Assembly: GCA_036405415.1 (NCBI GenBank)
Contig: DASWXP010000002.1
Coordinates: forward strand, 208,351-272,350
DNA: 64,000 bases
Source of the DNA: Minisyncoccota bacterium
GTDB taxonomy: Bacteria > Patescibacteriota > Minisyncoccia > Phycocordibacterales > Phycocordibacteraceae
Reading direction: 5' to 3'
Below, piece by piece: positions 17,534-26,379 of the stretch (its first letter is position 1; each line of letters opens with the position of its first letter). Below the pieces are notes generated by a model. That model was not told the origin of the DNA. It did no database searches and saw only the letters and a program-made list of their open reading frames with translations. The position numbers and the translations under genes are program-made.

Positions 17534-18007
17534 TTAGATTGGTTCGTAGCTAATAACGATGTGTTCCCCATCTTTGAGTACAGTGTTTTCGTAGGTATCT
17601 ACCCCTGTACCATCTACGGTAATACGTATTCGATGTGTAGCATCTGCTTTGTAGCTGAGGATCTCATCTTTGCTGAATGGCTGATCCCATACCGCGAAGA
17701 AGTCTGAGAGCGTGAAGTCCCGTTTCTCAGGAGACTCGACATGGATGACTCCATCAGGCGTATGCGTGTGGAGTGCTGTCATGCACGTCTGCTGAACGCC
17801 AATATTTGATGGAACAGGGACGTTCTCTCCATTCGCCACGATTTCGAGCATTGGATGAATATGGAATCCTCCGGCCATTTCGTCATCGCACAGAAGTGCT
17901 AGCTCACGATTCGTAAGTTCCCCTATCGGCTTCTGTGGACTTTGGGAGAAATACAGCAATGCTCCTATTACTGCAATAAGAGAAACAATAATAATTGCGC
18001 TCTTCAT
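17534..18007 (-). CDS. Exported His-motif protein (putative metal binding)
   Basis: N-terminal anchor; HIH..L.I, LHTHTPDGVIHVES, TLSDFF.VW. Confidence 0.7.
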   Translation of the reverse strand: MKSAIIIVSLIAVIGALLYFSQSPQKPIGELTNRELALLCDDEMAGGFHIHPMLEIVANGENVPVPSNIGVQQTCMTALHTHTPDGVIHVESPEKRDFTLSDFFAVWDQPFSKDEILSYKADATHRIRITVDGTGVDTYENTVLKDGEHIVISYEPI

Positions 18008-18008
18008 C

Positions 18009-18407
18009 TTACTGTCCGTACCAAGACGTTTTCCAATCCTGCATCTGCTTTATCTCAGTGTTCTGGGCAGTAATAATGTTCTGCGCCATATCCTTAATCT
18101 CTTGATGCTTCGCATTCTGGAGCGCGAGCTGTGCCATTTGTACCGCCCCCTGATGATGCATAATCATCTCGGTAAGGAAGGCCTGGTCGAAAGCATCTCC
18201 TGTCTTACCGTTAAGTGCCTGCATCATTGAATCCATTTCTCCCTGCATGCCACTGTTCGAACCGCCCATCATTGAGCCGTCAGGCATCATATGTCCACCA
18301 GTTGCCTGCTGCGGAGCTACCGGTGCCTTACTTGCGGCTAGTGCATAGCCACCTCCTGCACCGATAATGAGCGCAATAAGACCAACTACAATTACATTCT
18401 TTTCCAT
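18009..18407 (-). CDS. DUF305 (CopM-like) copper-binding protein
   Basis: Met/His-rich; FDQAFLTEMIMHHQGAVQMA...IITAQ..EI.QM..W. Confidence 0.88.
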   Translation of the reverse strand: MEKNVIVVGLIALIIGAGGGYALAASKAPVAPQQATGGHMMPDGSMMGGSNSGMQGEMDSMMQALNGKTGDAFDQAFLTEMIMHHQGAVQMAQLALQNAKHQEIKDMAQNIITAQNTEIKQMQDWKTSWYGQ

Positions 18408-18444
18408 AAGATTTAGTTAGATTGAGTAAGAAGAAAGTAGTCGC

Positions 18445-18813
18445 TTATGGAGCTTTTGGATTAAGAATGCCGCTGGAGAAAAGTTCTTGTAGAAGCGGTG
18501 TAGCAGGATAGAAGCGCCTACGATACCCGGGCGGGCGCTCAGGCTTCGGGACGGCAAGCCAAAACCATGCGAGCGCAAGAACCGGCACTATAAAAGTAGG
18601 AATTTCTAGAGGGAGAGCTGTAAACGTAGACTGCCAACTACTAAGATGATCAAAAATTGACATAGGACACATAGAAGTCTCGCCCTGCATGAATGGGCAA
18701 CCGCCCATACTGTGATCCATAGGCATAGCCATGAAAACCAACATAAAAAGTGGCACAAGCCCGACAAGTACAATTGACGTCCAGGACAGGAGCTTTTTAG
18801 CACTTATAGACAT
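18445..18813 (-). CDS. Small membrane protein typical of the head of metal-resistance operons
   Basis: MDHSMGGCPFM...CPM...H; C-terminal LFSSGILNPK. Confidence 0.6.
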   Translation of the reverse strand: MSISAKKLLSWTSIVLVGLVPLFMLVFMAMPMDHSMGGCPFMQGETSMCPMSIFDHLSSWQSTFTALPLEIPTFIVPVLALAWFWLAVPKPERPPGYRRRFYPATPLLQELFSSGILNPKAP

Positions 18814-18865
18814 ATGTCTCTAGTATACCGCTTCTGGTTCTAGCATAGAGCTATACTTTATTTAT

Positions 18866-19315
18866 ATGAAAATGACCAATATGTATGCTCGGTTCGGACT
18901 CATGATACTCATCTCCTTTGCTGCCATGTACATTTTGATGTACGCCATGGTGAATGTGCTTGGAAATGCGCTTCCGAACTGGAATCAGTTTTATATGGCA
19001 GGACTCATGACTTCCCCGATGATAGTGCTTGAAATGCTCTTCATGGGAACGATGTATGGGAATAAGAAATTGAATATAGGAATTATTGTTGGAGGTTTGG
19101 TTTTGCTTGTTATTTTTTGGATAAGTATTAGGCAGCAAGTCGGTATATCTGATGAGCAATTTCTGAAGTCCATGATTCCGCATCACGCCGGAGCAATCTT
19201 GATGTGCAGTAAGACTAAGCTTCAAGACCCAGAGCTGAAAGCACTCTGTACTGGCATTACATCAGGTCAGCAGGGTGAGATCGAGTTTATGAAATCAAAA
19301 CTAAATGGAATGTAG
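18866..19315 (+). CDS. DUF305 domain membrane protein
   Basis: TM segments then QFLKSMIPHHAGAILM...I...Q..EI..M. Confidence 0.88.
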   Translation: MKMTNMYARFGLMILISFAAMYILMYAMVNVLGNALPNWNQFYMAGLMTSPMIVLEMLFMGTMYGNKKLNIGIIVGGLVLLVIFWISIRQQVGISDEQFLKSMIPHHAGAILMCSKTKLQDPELKALCTGITSGQQGEIEFMKSKLNGM

Positions 19316-19469
19316 GCGGACCTCGTGGCTACAGATTTAAAGCCAACTGCCCTCTGCTAAAATCCTCAACCATACTGAATAAGGTCTTTTGTTAGAGGGG
19401 TTCGAATCTTAACTACTTCGCACGGGATTAGGACTCGAATTTCGAGCTTCAAAATGCCTTTTGTTTATT

Positions 19470-19485
19470 GACGCGTCTCGAGCGC
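19470..19485 (+). repeat. Right boundary direct repeat (candidate att core)
   Basis: GACGCGTCTCGAGCGC; 15/16 identical to 6533-6548; 17 nt from the tRNA CCA end. Confidence 0.7.
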
Positions 19486-19502
19486 GATAACCTAGCACGA
19501 GT

Positions 19503-19576
19503 TGGCTGGGAGACTAGGGATCGAACCTAGATTGACGGGACCAAAACCCGGTGTCCTACCATTAGACGATCTCCCA
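19503..19576 (-). tRNA. tRNA-Gln(TTG)
   Basis: TGGGAGA...TAATGGTAGG...TT-TTG-GT...GGTTCGATCC...TCTCCCAGCCA cloverleaf with encoded CCA. Confidence 0.95.
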
Positions 19577-19614
19577 ATACGGATATCCTGCCCGCAAACG
19601 ACGCTCCTCGCAAG

Positions 19615-20505
19615 CTAGGATGCGCACGCTTCTCTAAGCGCAGCCAGGTCCTCTTCGGTGAGCGAAACCGAGATACCGAAGTTGTACGGATACATCAAAG
19701 ACTCTGGATCTTCGGTGTGCCCGATCCCGAGCGCGTGTCCGAACTCATGCGCGAGCACACGCACCAGCTCCTCACGGCTCTCGAACGTATATACCGTAAT
19801 CTGTTCAGAATCCCCGTCTGCGGTGTAGTGTCCTTGGTCGAAATCGTGCCCGAGCGTCTCGTTGAATATCTCTGCGTTCTGGTTCAGCCGCTCCACGAGA
19901 CCGTTCAAGGACCCGACGCGAACGTTAATATCCCTTCCTAAGGATTCGATACGTGCCGCCTCGCTCCCAAGGCTCGCCTGCTGCCTCTCGAGCGTCGCCT
20001 TGCGCACCGCGAACTGCGCGTACACGGACGGCGGCGCGCCCCCGCGATCGTTCCAGGACGCTACATCGCGCTCGTACTGGGCGACATCCGCTTCGTACTT
20101 CGATACTGCTCGTTCGTAAGATGTCTTTAGTTCTTCGTATCGAGTCCTAAGATTATCTATCTCCTCCTTCATGGCGCGGTACTCCTGCTGCCCCGCTTCG
20201 ATGGAATCCCCGAGCGCGAGCGCTTCCTGCCGCTCGTCGTACACGAGCGATATGCCTATGCCAGTATCGCCCCTTCGGAATAGTTCCTTGCCCGCGGCCT
20301 CGTTCCAGACCTGAGCCGCCTCTTCAGCTGCAGTTATAAACGCCTCCTGAGAGAGCTCGAACCGAGGATCAGGAGAAAGCACGGTGTATGCGATAGGCTC
20401 TGCGCATCGCGGCGGATCCTTGATGTCCGAGAGCGCGTAGTGCGCGACTAAGCCGACGAGCGCCACCGGAAGCAGGTAGCGGAAAATGGGCGCGAGCATA
20501 CGCAT
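19615..20505 (-). CDS. Matrixin (M10) family metalloprotease with coiled-coil insert
   Basis: HEFGHALGIGH...SLMYP (Met-turn); N-terminal anchor. Confidence 0.9.
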   Translation of the reverse strand: MRMLAPIFRYLLPVALVGLVAHYALSDIKDPPRCAEPIAYTVLSPDPRFELSQEAFITAAEEAAQVWNEAAGKELFRRGDTGIGISLVYDERQEALALGDSIEAGQQEYRAMKEEIDNLRTRYEELKTSYERAVSKYEADVAQYERDVASWNDRGGAPPSVYAQFAVRKATLERQQASLGSEAARIESLGRDINVRVGSLNGLVERLNQNAEIFNETLGHDFDQGHYTADGDSEQITVYTFESREELVRVLAHEFGHALGIGHTEDPESLMYPYNFGISVSLTEEDLAALREACAS

Positions 20506-20508
20506 AGG

Positions 20509-21537
20509 CTAGGAAGAGAGATCGAGCACCGCAAGCTCAAGCGGGAGCTCCGGTACCGGCGCGAACCGGATGCGAGCGGACGCATCGAGGAACGCGCGAA
20601 GCGTCTCGTGCGTGAGCTTCGATTCCTTCGCCTCAGCGAGCGTAAGCGCTTCCTGATACGCGTCCTCTCCGAGCTCTTCAGCTATCTCCTTGCGAAGCTC
20701 TGACGCATGGCGCATAAGAAGGACTTGGCGAAGATACTCGAGCACCAGCGAAAGGTAAAGCGGGATATCTACACCCTGCGCTGACGCGGTCCGTATGGTC
20801 TCAAGCGCCTTGTCCGCGCTTCCTTCTGACAGCGCTGCCGCAAGCGCATGCACGAGCGCATGGCGCGGAGCGCCTGTAGCTTTCTCGGCGTCCTCACGCG
20901 AAAGCTTCTTGTCGGTTGCAGATGCGAGCGCCTTCTCGAGCACCGAGAGCGCGTCGCGATACGAGCCGTCTCCCAAATGCGCGATGAGGTCTGCGGCAGC
21001 GGGCTCAATCGCATAGCCTTCTTTCTTTGATACCGCCGTGACGAGCATCGCAAGCCCTGCACGCGTCGGCTTCTTGAACTGGAATACCTGGCAACGGGAA
21101 CGAACGGTTTCTGGAACCTTCTCAATCTCAGTGGTAGCGAGGATAAGCACTACGTGCGCAGGCGGTTCCTCGAGCGTCTTTAGAAGGGCGTTCCATGCGG
21201 ACTTCGAGAGCATGTGCGCCTCGTCAAGGATATACACCTTCCGTTCTGAGTTGTACGGGAGCGTATGCACGCTCTCGTTAAGCGCACGTACCTCGTCCAC
21301 GCCGTTGTTCGATGCGGCATCGAGCTCGAAGATATCGCGCTCATCGGTCTTGAGCTCGCGCGCAAAGATGCGCGCGATGGAAGTCTTCCCAAGGCCGCGC
21401 GATCCCGCAAAGAGATACGCATGCCCTACTTTCCCGCTTGCAATCTGCTCCTCAAGCGGCTTCACCACCTGATCCTGCCCCGCGACGTCCTTGAAGGACT
21501 GCGGCCTATAGGCCCTGTAGAGCGATTGATGCGCCAT
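20509..21537 (-). CDS. dnaX: DNA polymerase III subunit gamma/tau (short form)
   Basis: LYRAYRPQSF..V.GQ, GSRGLGKTS, ELDAASN, ILDEAHMLS, LLKTLEEPP, SRC. Confidence 0.95.
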   Translation of the reverse strand: MAHQSLYRAYRPQSFKDVAGQDQVVKPLEEQIASGKVGHAYLFAGSRGLGKTSIARIFARELKTDERDIFELDAASNNGVDEVRALNESVHTLPYNSERKVYILDEAHMLSKSAWNALLKTLEEPPAHVVLILATTEIEKVPETVRSRCQVFQFKKPTRAGLAMLVTAVSKKEGYAIEPAAADLIAHLGDGSYRDALSVLEKALASATDKKLSREDAEKATGAPRHALVHALAAALSEGSADKALETIRTASAQGVDIPLYLSLVLEYLRQVLLMRHASELRKEIAEELGEDAYQEALTLAEAKESKLTHETLRAFLDASARIRFAPVPELPLELAVLDLSS

Positions 21538-21549
21538 GCGGGAAGTATA

Positions 21550-22515
21550 CTACGCCGCTTCCTTGATCACGCGCTCCATGTCGTCAGCGCCCTGCGTCTC
21601 CATAAGCGCGGCACGCAGCTGCGCGGAACCCTCGAACCCTGCCGTGAATGCCTTCACGTGCTTACGCACCAGATGGAACGACTTTGCAGGCTGGAGCTTC
21701 TCGAAATCGCGCGCGAGCGAGAGGAGCGCCGCGAGCTTCTCGTCCCGCTGCGTATCTTCCTTGGCGCGTCCCGCGAACACCCACGGGTTCCCGAAGATGC
21801 CGCGCCCGATCATAACGCCGTCGCATCCGGTGTCGTGCGCTTTCTGTCGCGCTTCTGCGATCGTCTCGACATCGCCGTTTCCGATGATTTTGGTATCTGG
21901 AGCGATGCGGTCCCTGAGCGCTACAATATGCGGCATGAGGTCCCAGTGCGCCGGAACTTTGGACATTTCCTTGCGCGTGCGCAGGTGGACCGTAAGCGCA
22001 GGAAGATTCTCCTCCAGCAGGTTCGGCAGCCATTCGTCGATGGCTTCCTGGTTGTAGCCGATGCGCGTCTTCACGGACACCGGGATTCCAGCGGTGCGCG
22101 CTGCACGGATGATCTCCTTCGCTTTCTCGGGGTTCTTGATCATCGCGGCCCCTGCGCCCTGCTTTTCGATGGACTTGTCCGGGCAGCCCATGTTGATGTC
22201 GATACCGTCATAGCCGAGCTCTGCGCAGAGCTGCGCGGCATACGCCATGGATTCCGGGTTGCTCGAGAAGAGCTGCGCGACGATAGGACGCTCTTCGCTT
22301 GAAAACTGGAGGTCGCGCATTAGCGGGTTCTCATCGTCCGGAATGCCCTTCCTGTCGCGCATGTGATAGAGCCCGTCTGCGGACACGAACTCGGTCCAGG
22401 TTACGTCCGGCTTCCCAACAGACGCGATGAGCGAGCGGTACGCAGGATCAGTCACGTCCGCCATAGGCGCAAGGACGAAGAAGGGCTTTGGGAGCGTGTT
22501 CCAGAACGATTCCAT
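21550..22515 (-). CDS. dus: tRNA-dihydrouridine synthase
   Basis: LAPMADVTD, DINMGCP, SVKTRIG, VHLRT, IIGNGD, VMIGRG. Confidence 0.93.
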   Translation of the reverse strand: MESFWNTLPKPFFVLAPMADVTDPAYRSLIASVGKPDVTWTEFVSADGLYHMRDRKGIPDDENPLMRDLQFSSEERPIVAQLFSSNPESMAYAAQLCAELGYDGIDINMGCPDKSIEKQGAGAAMIKNPEKAKEIIRAARTAGIPVSVKTRIGYNQEAIDEWLPNLLEENLPALTVHLRTRKEMSKVPAHWDLMPHIVALRDRIAPDTKIIGNGDVETIAEARQKAHDTGCDGVMIGRGIFGNPWVFAGRAKEDTQRDEKLAALLSLARDFEKLQPAKSFHLVRKHVKAFTAGFEGSAQLRAALMETQGADDMERVIKEAA

Positions 22516-22606
22516 AGCGGCATCCTACCGGCAGAAGCGTTATTCGACAATGCGGACCGCTTCGCGTAAAGTGCGTGCGGACACCCCTCAAACCACGGAG
22601 GTACAC

Positions 22607-23083
22607 ATGTATAAGGATTGGTCCTCGTACGTCTTCGTGACGCACGAGGGAGAGCAAGGAGGCGCCAAAGTCCTTTGCATCCGTAACAGTGACGGACCAG
22701 GAACTCGCCAGTGGAGGCTTCCCGGCGGTCCTAAAATGGAACAAGAACAGGACAGCCTGGATACTGCTCGTCGCACGACGACCAGACAGACCGGAATAAA
22801 CATCTACGGCCTAAACCTGAGACGTATCGGCGATTCAATAAAAAAGGAAGTCCGCACGCGCCGCAATCACCACTCACATAAGCTGAACAAGCACGCGATC
22901 CGCTTCTACCGAGCTTCCTTGCCCATCGACAGGCTTCTACGCAGAAGCAATCCTGCGGATGGGCTCGAGTCTGACTTCCTGCCCCTAAGCATTCTGCGAA
23001 GCAAAGAGGACTTCCTCGACTCGCATCGAAGGTTCCTCCTTGAAAACCGCCTTCTTGGCGAAACGGGTCCCGAAGGGGACTAA
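22607..23083 (+). CDS. Divergent NUDIX-like protein
   Basis: WRLPGG....EQD.LDTARR....QTG is a degenerate Nudix box; GGAGG RBS. Confidence 0.55.
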   Translation: MYKDWSSYVFVTHEGEQGGAKVLCIRNSDGPGTRQWRLPGGPKMEQEQDSLDTARRTTTRQTGINIYGLNLRRIGDSIKKEVRTRRNHHSHKLNKHAIRFYRASLPIDRLLRRSNPADGLESDFLPLSILRSKEDFLDSHRRFLLENRLLGETGPEGD

Positions 23084-23117
23084 GGGCCGGGCGCAGCACG
23101 CTGCACCCGGCCTTTTG

Positions 23118-24131
23118 CTATTCCTCTATCTGCACTTCCCCTCTTCGCTTGAAATACGCCTTCCCGGGGAACCTTAGGTCCACGTACTGGATAGATCCGT
23201 CGTTCAGAGAGAGCTGCGGGAACGCGCTCGCTGCGATGCCTGCTGCCTGCTCCTCGCGTCCGAGCACGTACGTGATGCGGGTGCCTGCCTCCGTATAAAG
23301 GTCTGCCTCGTCCGCACGGAACGCGAGCGCCGTGACATCGGCGCCGAGCGTGCGCATAGCCTTCACGAACAACAGCACGCCCGGGATGCGGTCCGCGCTC
23401 TCGATACGCGCGCGAACCGGAGACTCTCCCTGTTGCCCTGCGATAGGCGCGTAGATGCGCAACGCCGCCGAGGTCGACGCGACTTCCGGAGGAACCGGCG
23501 CAAAGATGAGCCCCTCGGCGTTCGCGCTGAAACAGGTGCCGAACGTGACTTCCGTTGAGGTGCCGCACCATACGTACGCTTCGGCGCGCGCGGTTGTTGA
23601 TACCGAAAGCGTCGTAAGGCCTTCGGCGCGGATAGAGACCGCCTCGATGTCCGGATGCGCATCAAGGATACGTGCGCGGATATCCTCTTCCGGGATGAAG
23701 AAGAGCGAGTTGCGCGGGAGCACGAACGCGTGCGTTCCTTGGAGACCCGTTTCTACCAACCGCTTCACCGCTTCAGCGTGCGGACCGTCTGCTTGAACGG
23801 CAGACACGCGAAGCGCCGGAAGCCATGAAAGATATATGAGGAGCGCGAGGAAAAGCACCGTGACGATGCCGAGCGCTATGAGGAGCGCCTTCCTCGCTTT
23901 CTTACGCCGCTTCTTGAGTGGCTCTTTCGGCTCGACTTTCGCCGTCTTCTTGCGCGAAATGGTGACGTTCTTCTTTGAGGCCGGGACCGCTACGGGAGCA
24001 GGTGCTGCAGCAGGCTTTCGAGCAGACGCGCGCATGTCCATAGAGCGCTTCGGGCGTGCTGCGGGCGTGGGCGCAGGAGCCTGCGCCTTCTTCGCCTTAG
24101 GCTGTATGTCCCAGGACCTCCTTTCCGACAT
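23118..24131 (-). CDS. FtsQ/DivIB-like cell division protein
   Basis: Basic N-terminus, single TM, POTRA-like region, C-terminal YVDLRF. Confidence 0.65.
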   Translation of the reverse strand: MSERRSWDIQPKAKKAQAPAPTPAARPKRSMDMRASARKPAAAPAPVAVPASKKNVTISRKKTAKVEPKEPLKKRRKKARKALLIALGIVTVLFLALLIYLSWLPALRVSAVQADGPHAEAVKRLVETGLQGTHAFVLPRNSLFFIPEEDIRARILDAHPDIEAVSIRAEGLTTLSVSTTARAEAYVWCGTSTEVTFGTCFSANAEGLIFAPVPPEVASTSAALRIYAPIAGQQGESPVRARIESADRIPGVLLFVKAMRTLGADVTALAFRADEADLYTEAGTRITYVLGREEQAAGIAASAFPQLSLNDGSIQYVDLRFPGKAYFKRRGEVQIEE

Positions 24132-25365
24132 ACGGTACGAGCGCGTCGGGGACGCGGACGGTGCCATCCTCCTGCTGGAAGTTCTCGACGATCATCGTGA
24201 GTACGCGCGGCATGGCAACCGCGGTGTTGTTCAAGGAGTGCGCGAACTTGAGCGATCCGTCCTCGTCGCGGTACCTGAGGTTCAGGCGGCGCGTCTGGAA
24301 ATCATGGAAATAGGAAGAGGAATGCGTCTCCCGATATGTGTCCTGCGACGGCATCCACGCCTCGATGTCGTACTTCTTGACCTGCCCGAGGCCGAGGTCT
24401 CCGCCGCAATTCACGACGACGCGGTACGGGAGCCCAAGCTTCTCGAGGAACTCCTCGGCATTGCGCGTGAGTTCCTCATGGAGCGCCACTGACGTCTCGT
24501 GCGACGCCTCGCACAAGACGACCTGCTCCCACTTGAAGAACTCGTGCACGCGGATGAGCCCCTTCGTGTCCTTGCTGTGACTTCCCGCCTCGCGACGGAA
24601 GCACGGAGAGTACGAGAGGAACTTCGCCGGAAGCTGGCTCTTCTCGAGGGTCTCGTCCATGTAGTACCCCATGGTTGCCACCTCGCCCGTTCCTGCGAGG
24701 TACTCGCCGTCCTGGGTCCTGTAGAGATCCTCTTCGCCCTGCGGCAGGTATCCGGTTCCCATGAACGTCTCGCGACGCACCAAGGACGGCACAATCATGG
24801 GCATGAAGCCCTTCCCTGAAAAATGCGAAAGCGCGAGGTTCGATACCGCATTCGCAAGCAGGACGCCGTCGCCTTTGAGGAAGTACCCGCGGAACCCTGC
24901 GACCTTGGCGCCACGCTCGAAGTCTGCCATGCCGTTCTTTGTCATGAGCTCGACATGGTCCTTCGGAGCGAATGCGAACGTCGGGCGCTCGCCCCACTGC
25001 TTCACCTCGACGTTGTCCGCATCGCTCTCTCCTTCGGGAACCGTCATGTCCGGAAGGTTCGGCACTGAAAGCATGAGGGTCTGCCACTCCTCCATCACCG
25101 CTTTGTACTTCTCCTCAATCTCAGCCATTCCCTCCTTCACGTGGCGCATCGCCTCGAGCAGCTTCTCCTTCTCCTCGCCCTTAGCGAGCGCGATGGTCTG
25201 GCTCGCGCGGTTCTGCTCGGCGCGGCGGCTATCGAGCTCCTGGCGCAGGCGCTTGCGTTCGTCGTCAGCCTGAAGGAGGCGGTCGATGTCGACCTCGATG
25301 TGCTTTTTCAGGGCGCCCGCCTTGATGAGGTCCGCGTTCTCGCGGATGAAATGGATATCGAGCAT
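24097..25365 (-). CDS. serS: Serine--tRNA ligase
   Basis: MLDIHFIREN, CFRREAG, RVHEFFK, KYDIEAWMP, DFQTRR, HSLNNTA. Confidence 0.97.
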   Translation of the reverse strand: MLDIHFIRENADLIKAGALKKHIEVDIDRLLQADDERKRLRQELDSRRAEQNRASQTIALAKGEEKEKLLEAMRHVKEGMAEIEEKYKAVMEEWQTLMLSVPNLPDMTVPEGESDADNVEVKQWGERPTFAFAPKDHVELMTKNGMADFERGAKVAGFRGYFLKGDGVLLANAVSNLALSHFSGKGFMPMIVPSLVRRETFMGTGYLPQGEEDLYRTQDGEYLAGTGEVATMGYYMDETLEKSQLPAKFLSYSPCFRREAGSHSKDTKGLIRVHEFFKWEQVVLCEASHETSVALHEELTRNAEEFLEKLGLPYRVVVNCGGDLGLGQVKKYDIEAWMPSQDTYRETHSSSYFHDFQTRRLNLRYRDEDGSLKFAHSLNNTAVAMPRVLTMIVENFQQEDGTVRVPDALVPYVGKEVLGHTA

Positions 25366-25452
25366 GTTCCCGCCATTGTACGGCAGGACCGCGGCTACGA
25401 AAAGCTGAGGATTTTATATTTTCTTTATCTCCCTTCGGTATGCTTCCCGGGT

Positions 25453-26316
25453 ATGGCGGATATCGAGGAGATCCTGAAGGAGGAATACGAGGAACGCGGC
25501 ATCGGATCGCTCCTTGAGATACCGCAACCTCCGGAAAAGCTCTGGCTGCGCGGGTCCCTTCCAGGAAGGGACGTGAAGCGGCTTGCGGTAGTGGGATCGA
25601 GGGCGCTCTCTCCGTACGGCGAAGCGGCCTGCCGGTATCTCCTGTCCGGACTCGCCGGCTACCCGATCTCGATTGTCTCGGGGCTCGCGCTCGGCGCTGA
25701 CGCGTGCGCGCACCGCGCCGCGCTCGAAGCGGGACTCCATACCATCGCGATCCCTGGTTCTGGGCTCGCGAACAAGACTATCGCGCCGCGCACGAACTAC
25801 GCGCTTGCGATGTACATACTCGCGTCAGGCGGCGCGCTGCTTGCGGAGCATCCGCCGGAAGAAGGAGCGCGCCCGTACTATTTCCCTTCACGCAACCGCA
25901 TCATGGTAGGACTCGCAGACGCGGTGCTTGTGATCGAAGCGGCCGAGAAATCGGGCACGCTCATAACGGCGCGCATGGCCGCAGACTATAACCGCGACCT
26001 CCTGTGCATCCCGCACCGCATCCTAGACGAGAACGGGCACGGCAACCACCTCTTCCTGCGGCTGGGTGCGGGTCTCATCACCGAGCCAGAGCATATCCTC
26101 GAAGCACTGGGGATTGCTGCTGAAGAGAAGCAGCAATCGCTTCCGCTCTTGTCTCCTGCCGAAGAACAGCTCTATGACGTGCTCGCTACCCCCATGCCGC
26201 GCAACGAGCTCATCCGCCGCTCGGGACTCCTTCCGGACGAAGCCTTGGTGGCGCTTCTGGCGCTTGATCTCAAGGGTCTGGTGAAAGAAACGTACGGCGC
26301 GTGGCGCAGGATCTAG
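25453..26316 (+). CDS. dprA: DNA-processing protein DprA
   Basis: AVVGSR, IVSGLALGAD..AH, F..RNRI, EAAEKSGTLITA. Confidence 0.95.
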   Translation: MADIEEILKEEYEERGIGSLLEIPQPPEKLWLRGSLPGRDVKRLAVVGSRALSPYGEAACRYLLSGLAGYPISIVSGLALGADACAHRAALEAGLHTIAIPGSGLANKTIAPRTNYALAMYILASGGALLAEHPPEEGARPYYFPSRNRIMVGLADAVLVIEAAEKSGTLITARMAADYNRDLLCIPHRILDENGHGNHLFLRLGAGLITEPEHILEALGIAAEEKQQSLPLLSPAEEQLYDVLATPMPRNELIRRSGLLPDEALVALLALDLKGLVKETYGAWRRI

Positions 26317-26379
26317 ACTCTTCACGCAGCCTCCACGCTTGACCATATATAGGTATGCGGGGTATCTGTGGGTACACAC

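Larger units (their letters stand above)
6533..19485. mobile_element. Integrated element/genomic island of about 13 kb at tRNA-Gln (serine recombinase, CBASS, ParB-MTase, metal cargo)
   Basis: Visibly lower GC than the flanks; direct repeat GACGCGTCTCG[G/A]GCGC at 6533-6548 and 19470-19485; large serine recombinase; adjacent tRNA and tRNA fragment. Confidence 0.85.

Noticed and set aside
19390-19445. Additional tRNA-like fragments (GGGGTTCGAATC; GGGATTAGGACTCGAA)
   Set aside because: Too short and degenerate to call; no cloverleaf. They may be old att scars.
6533-19485. Intact prophage or ICE
   Set aside because: No capsid, portal, large terminase, tail, relaxase or T4SS genes.
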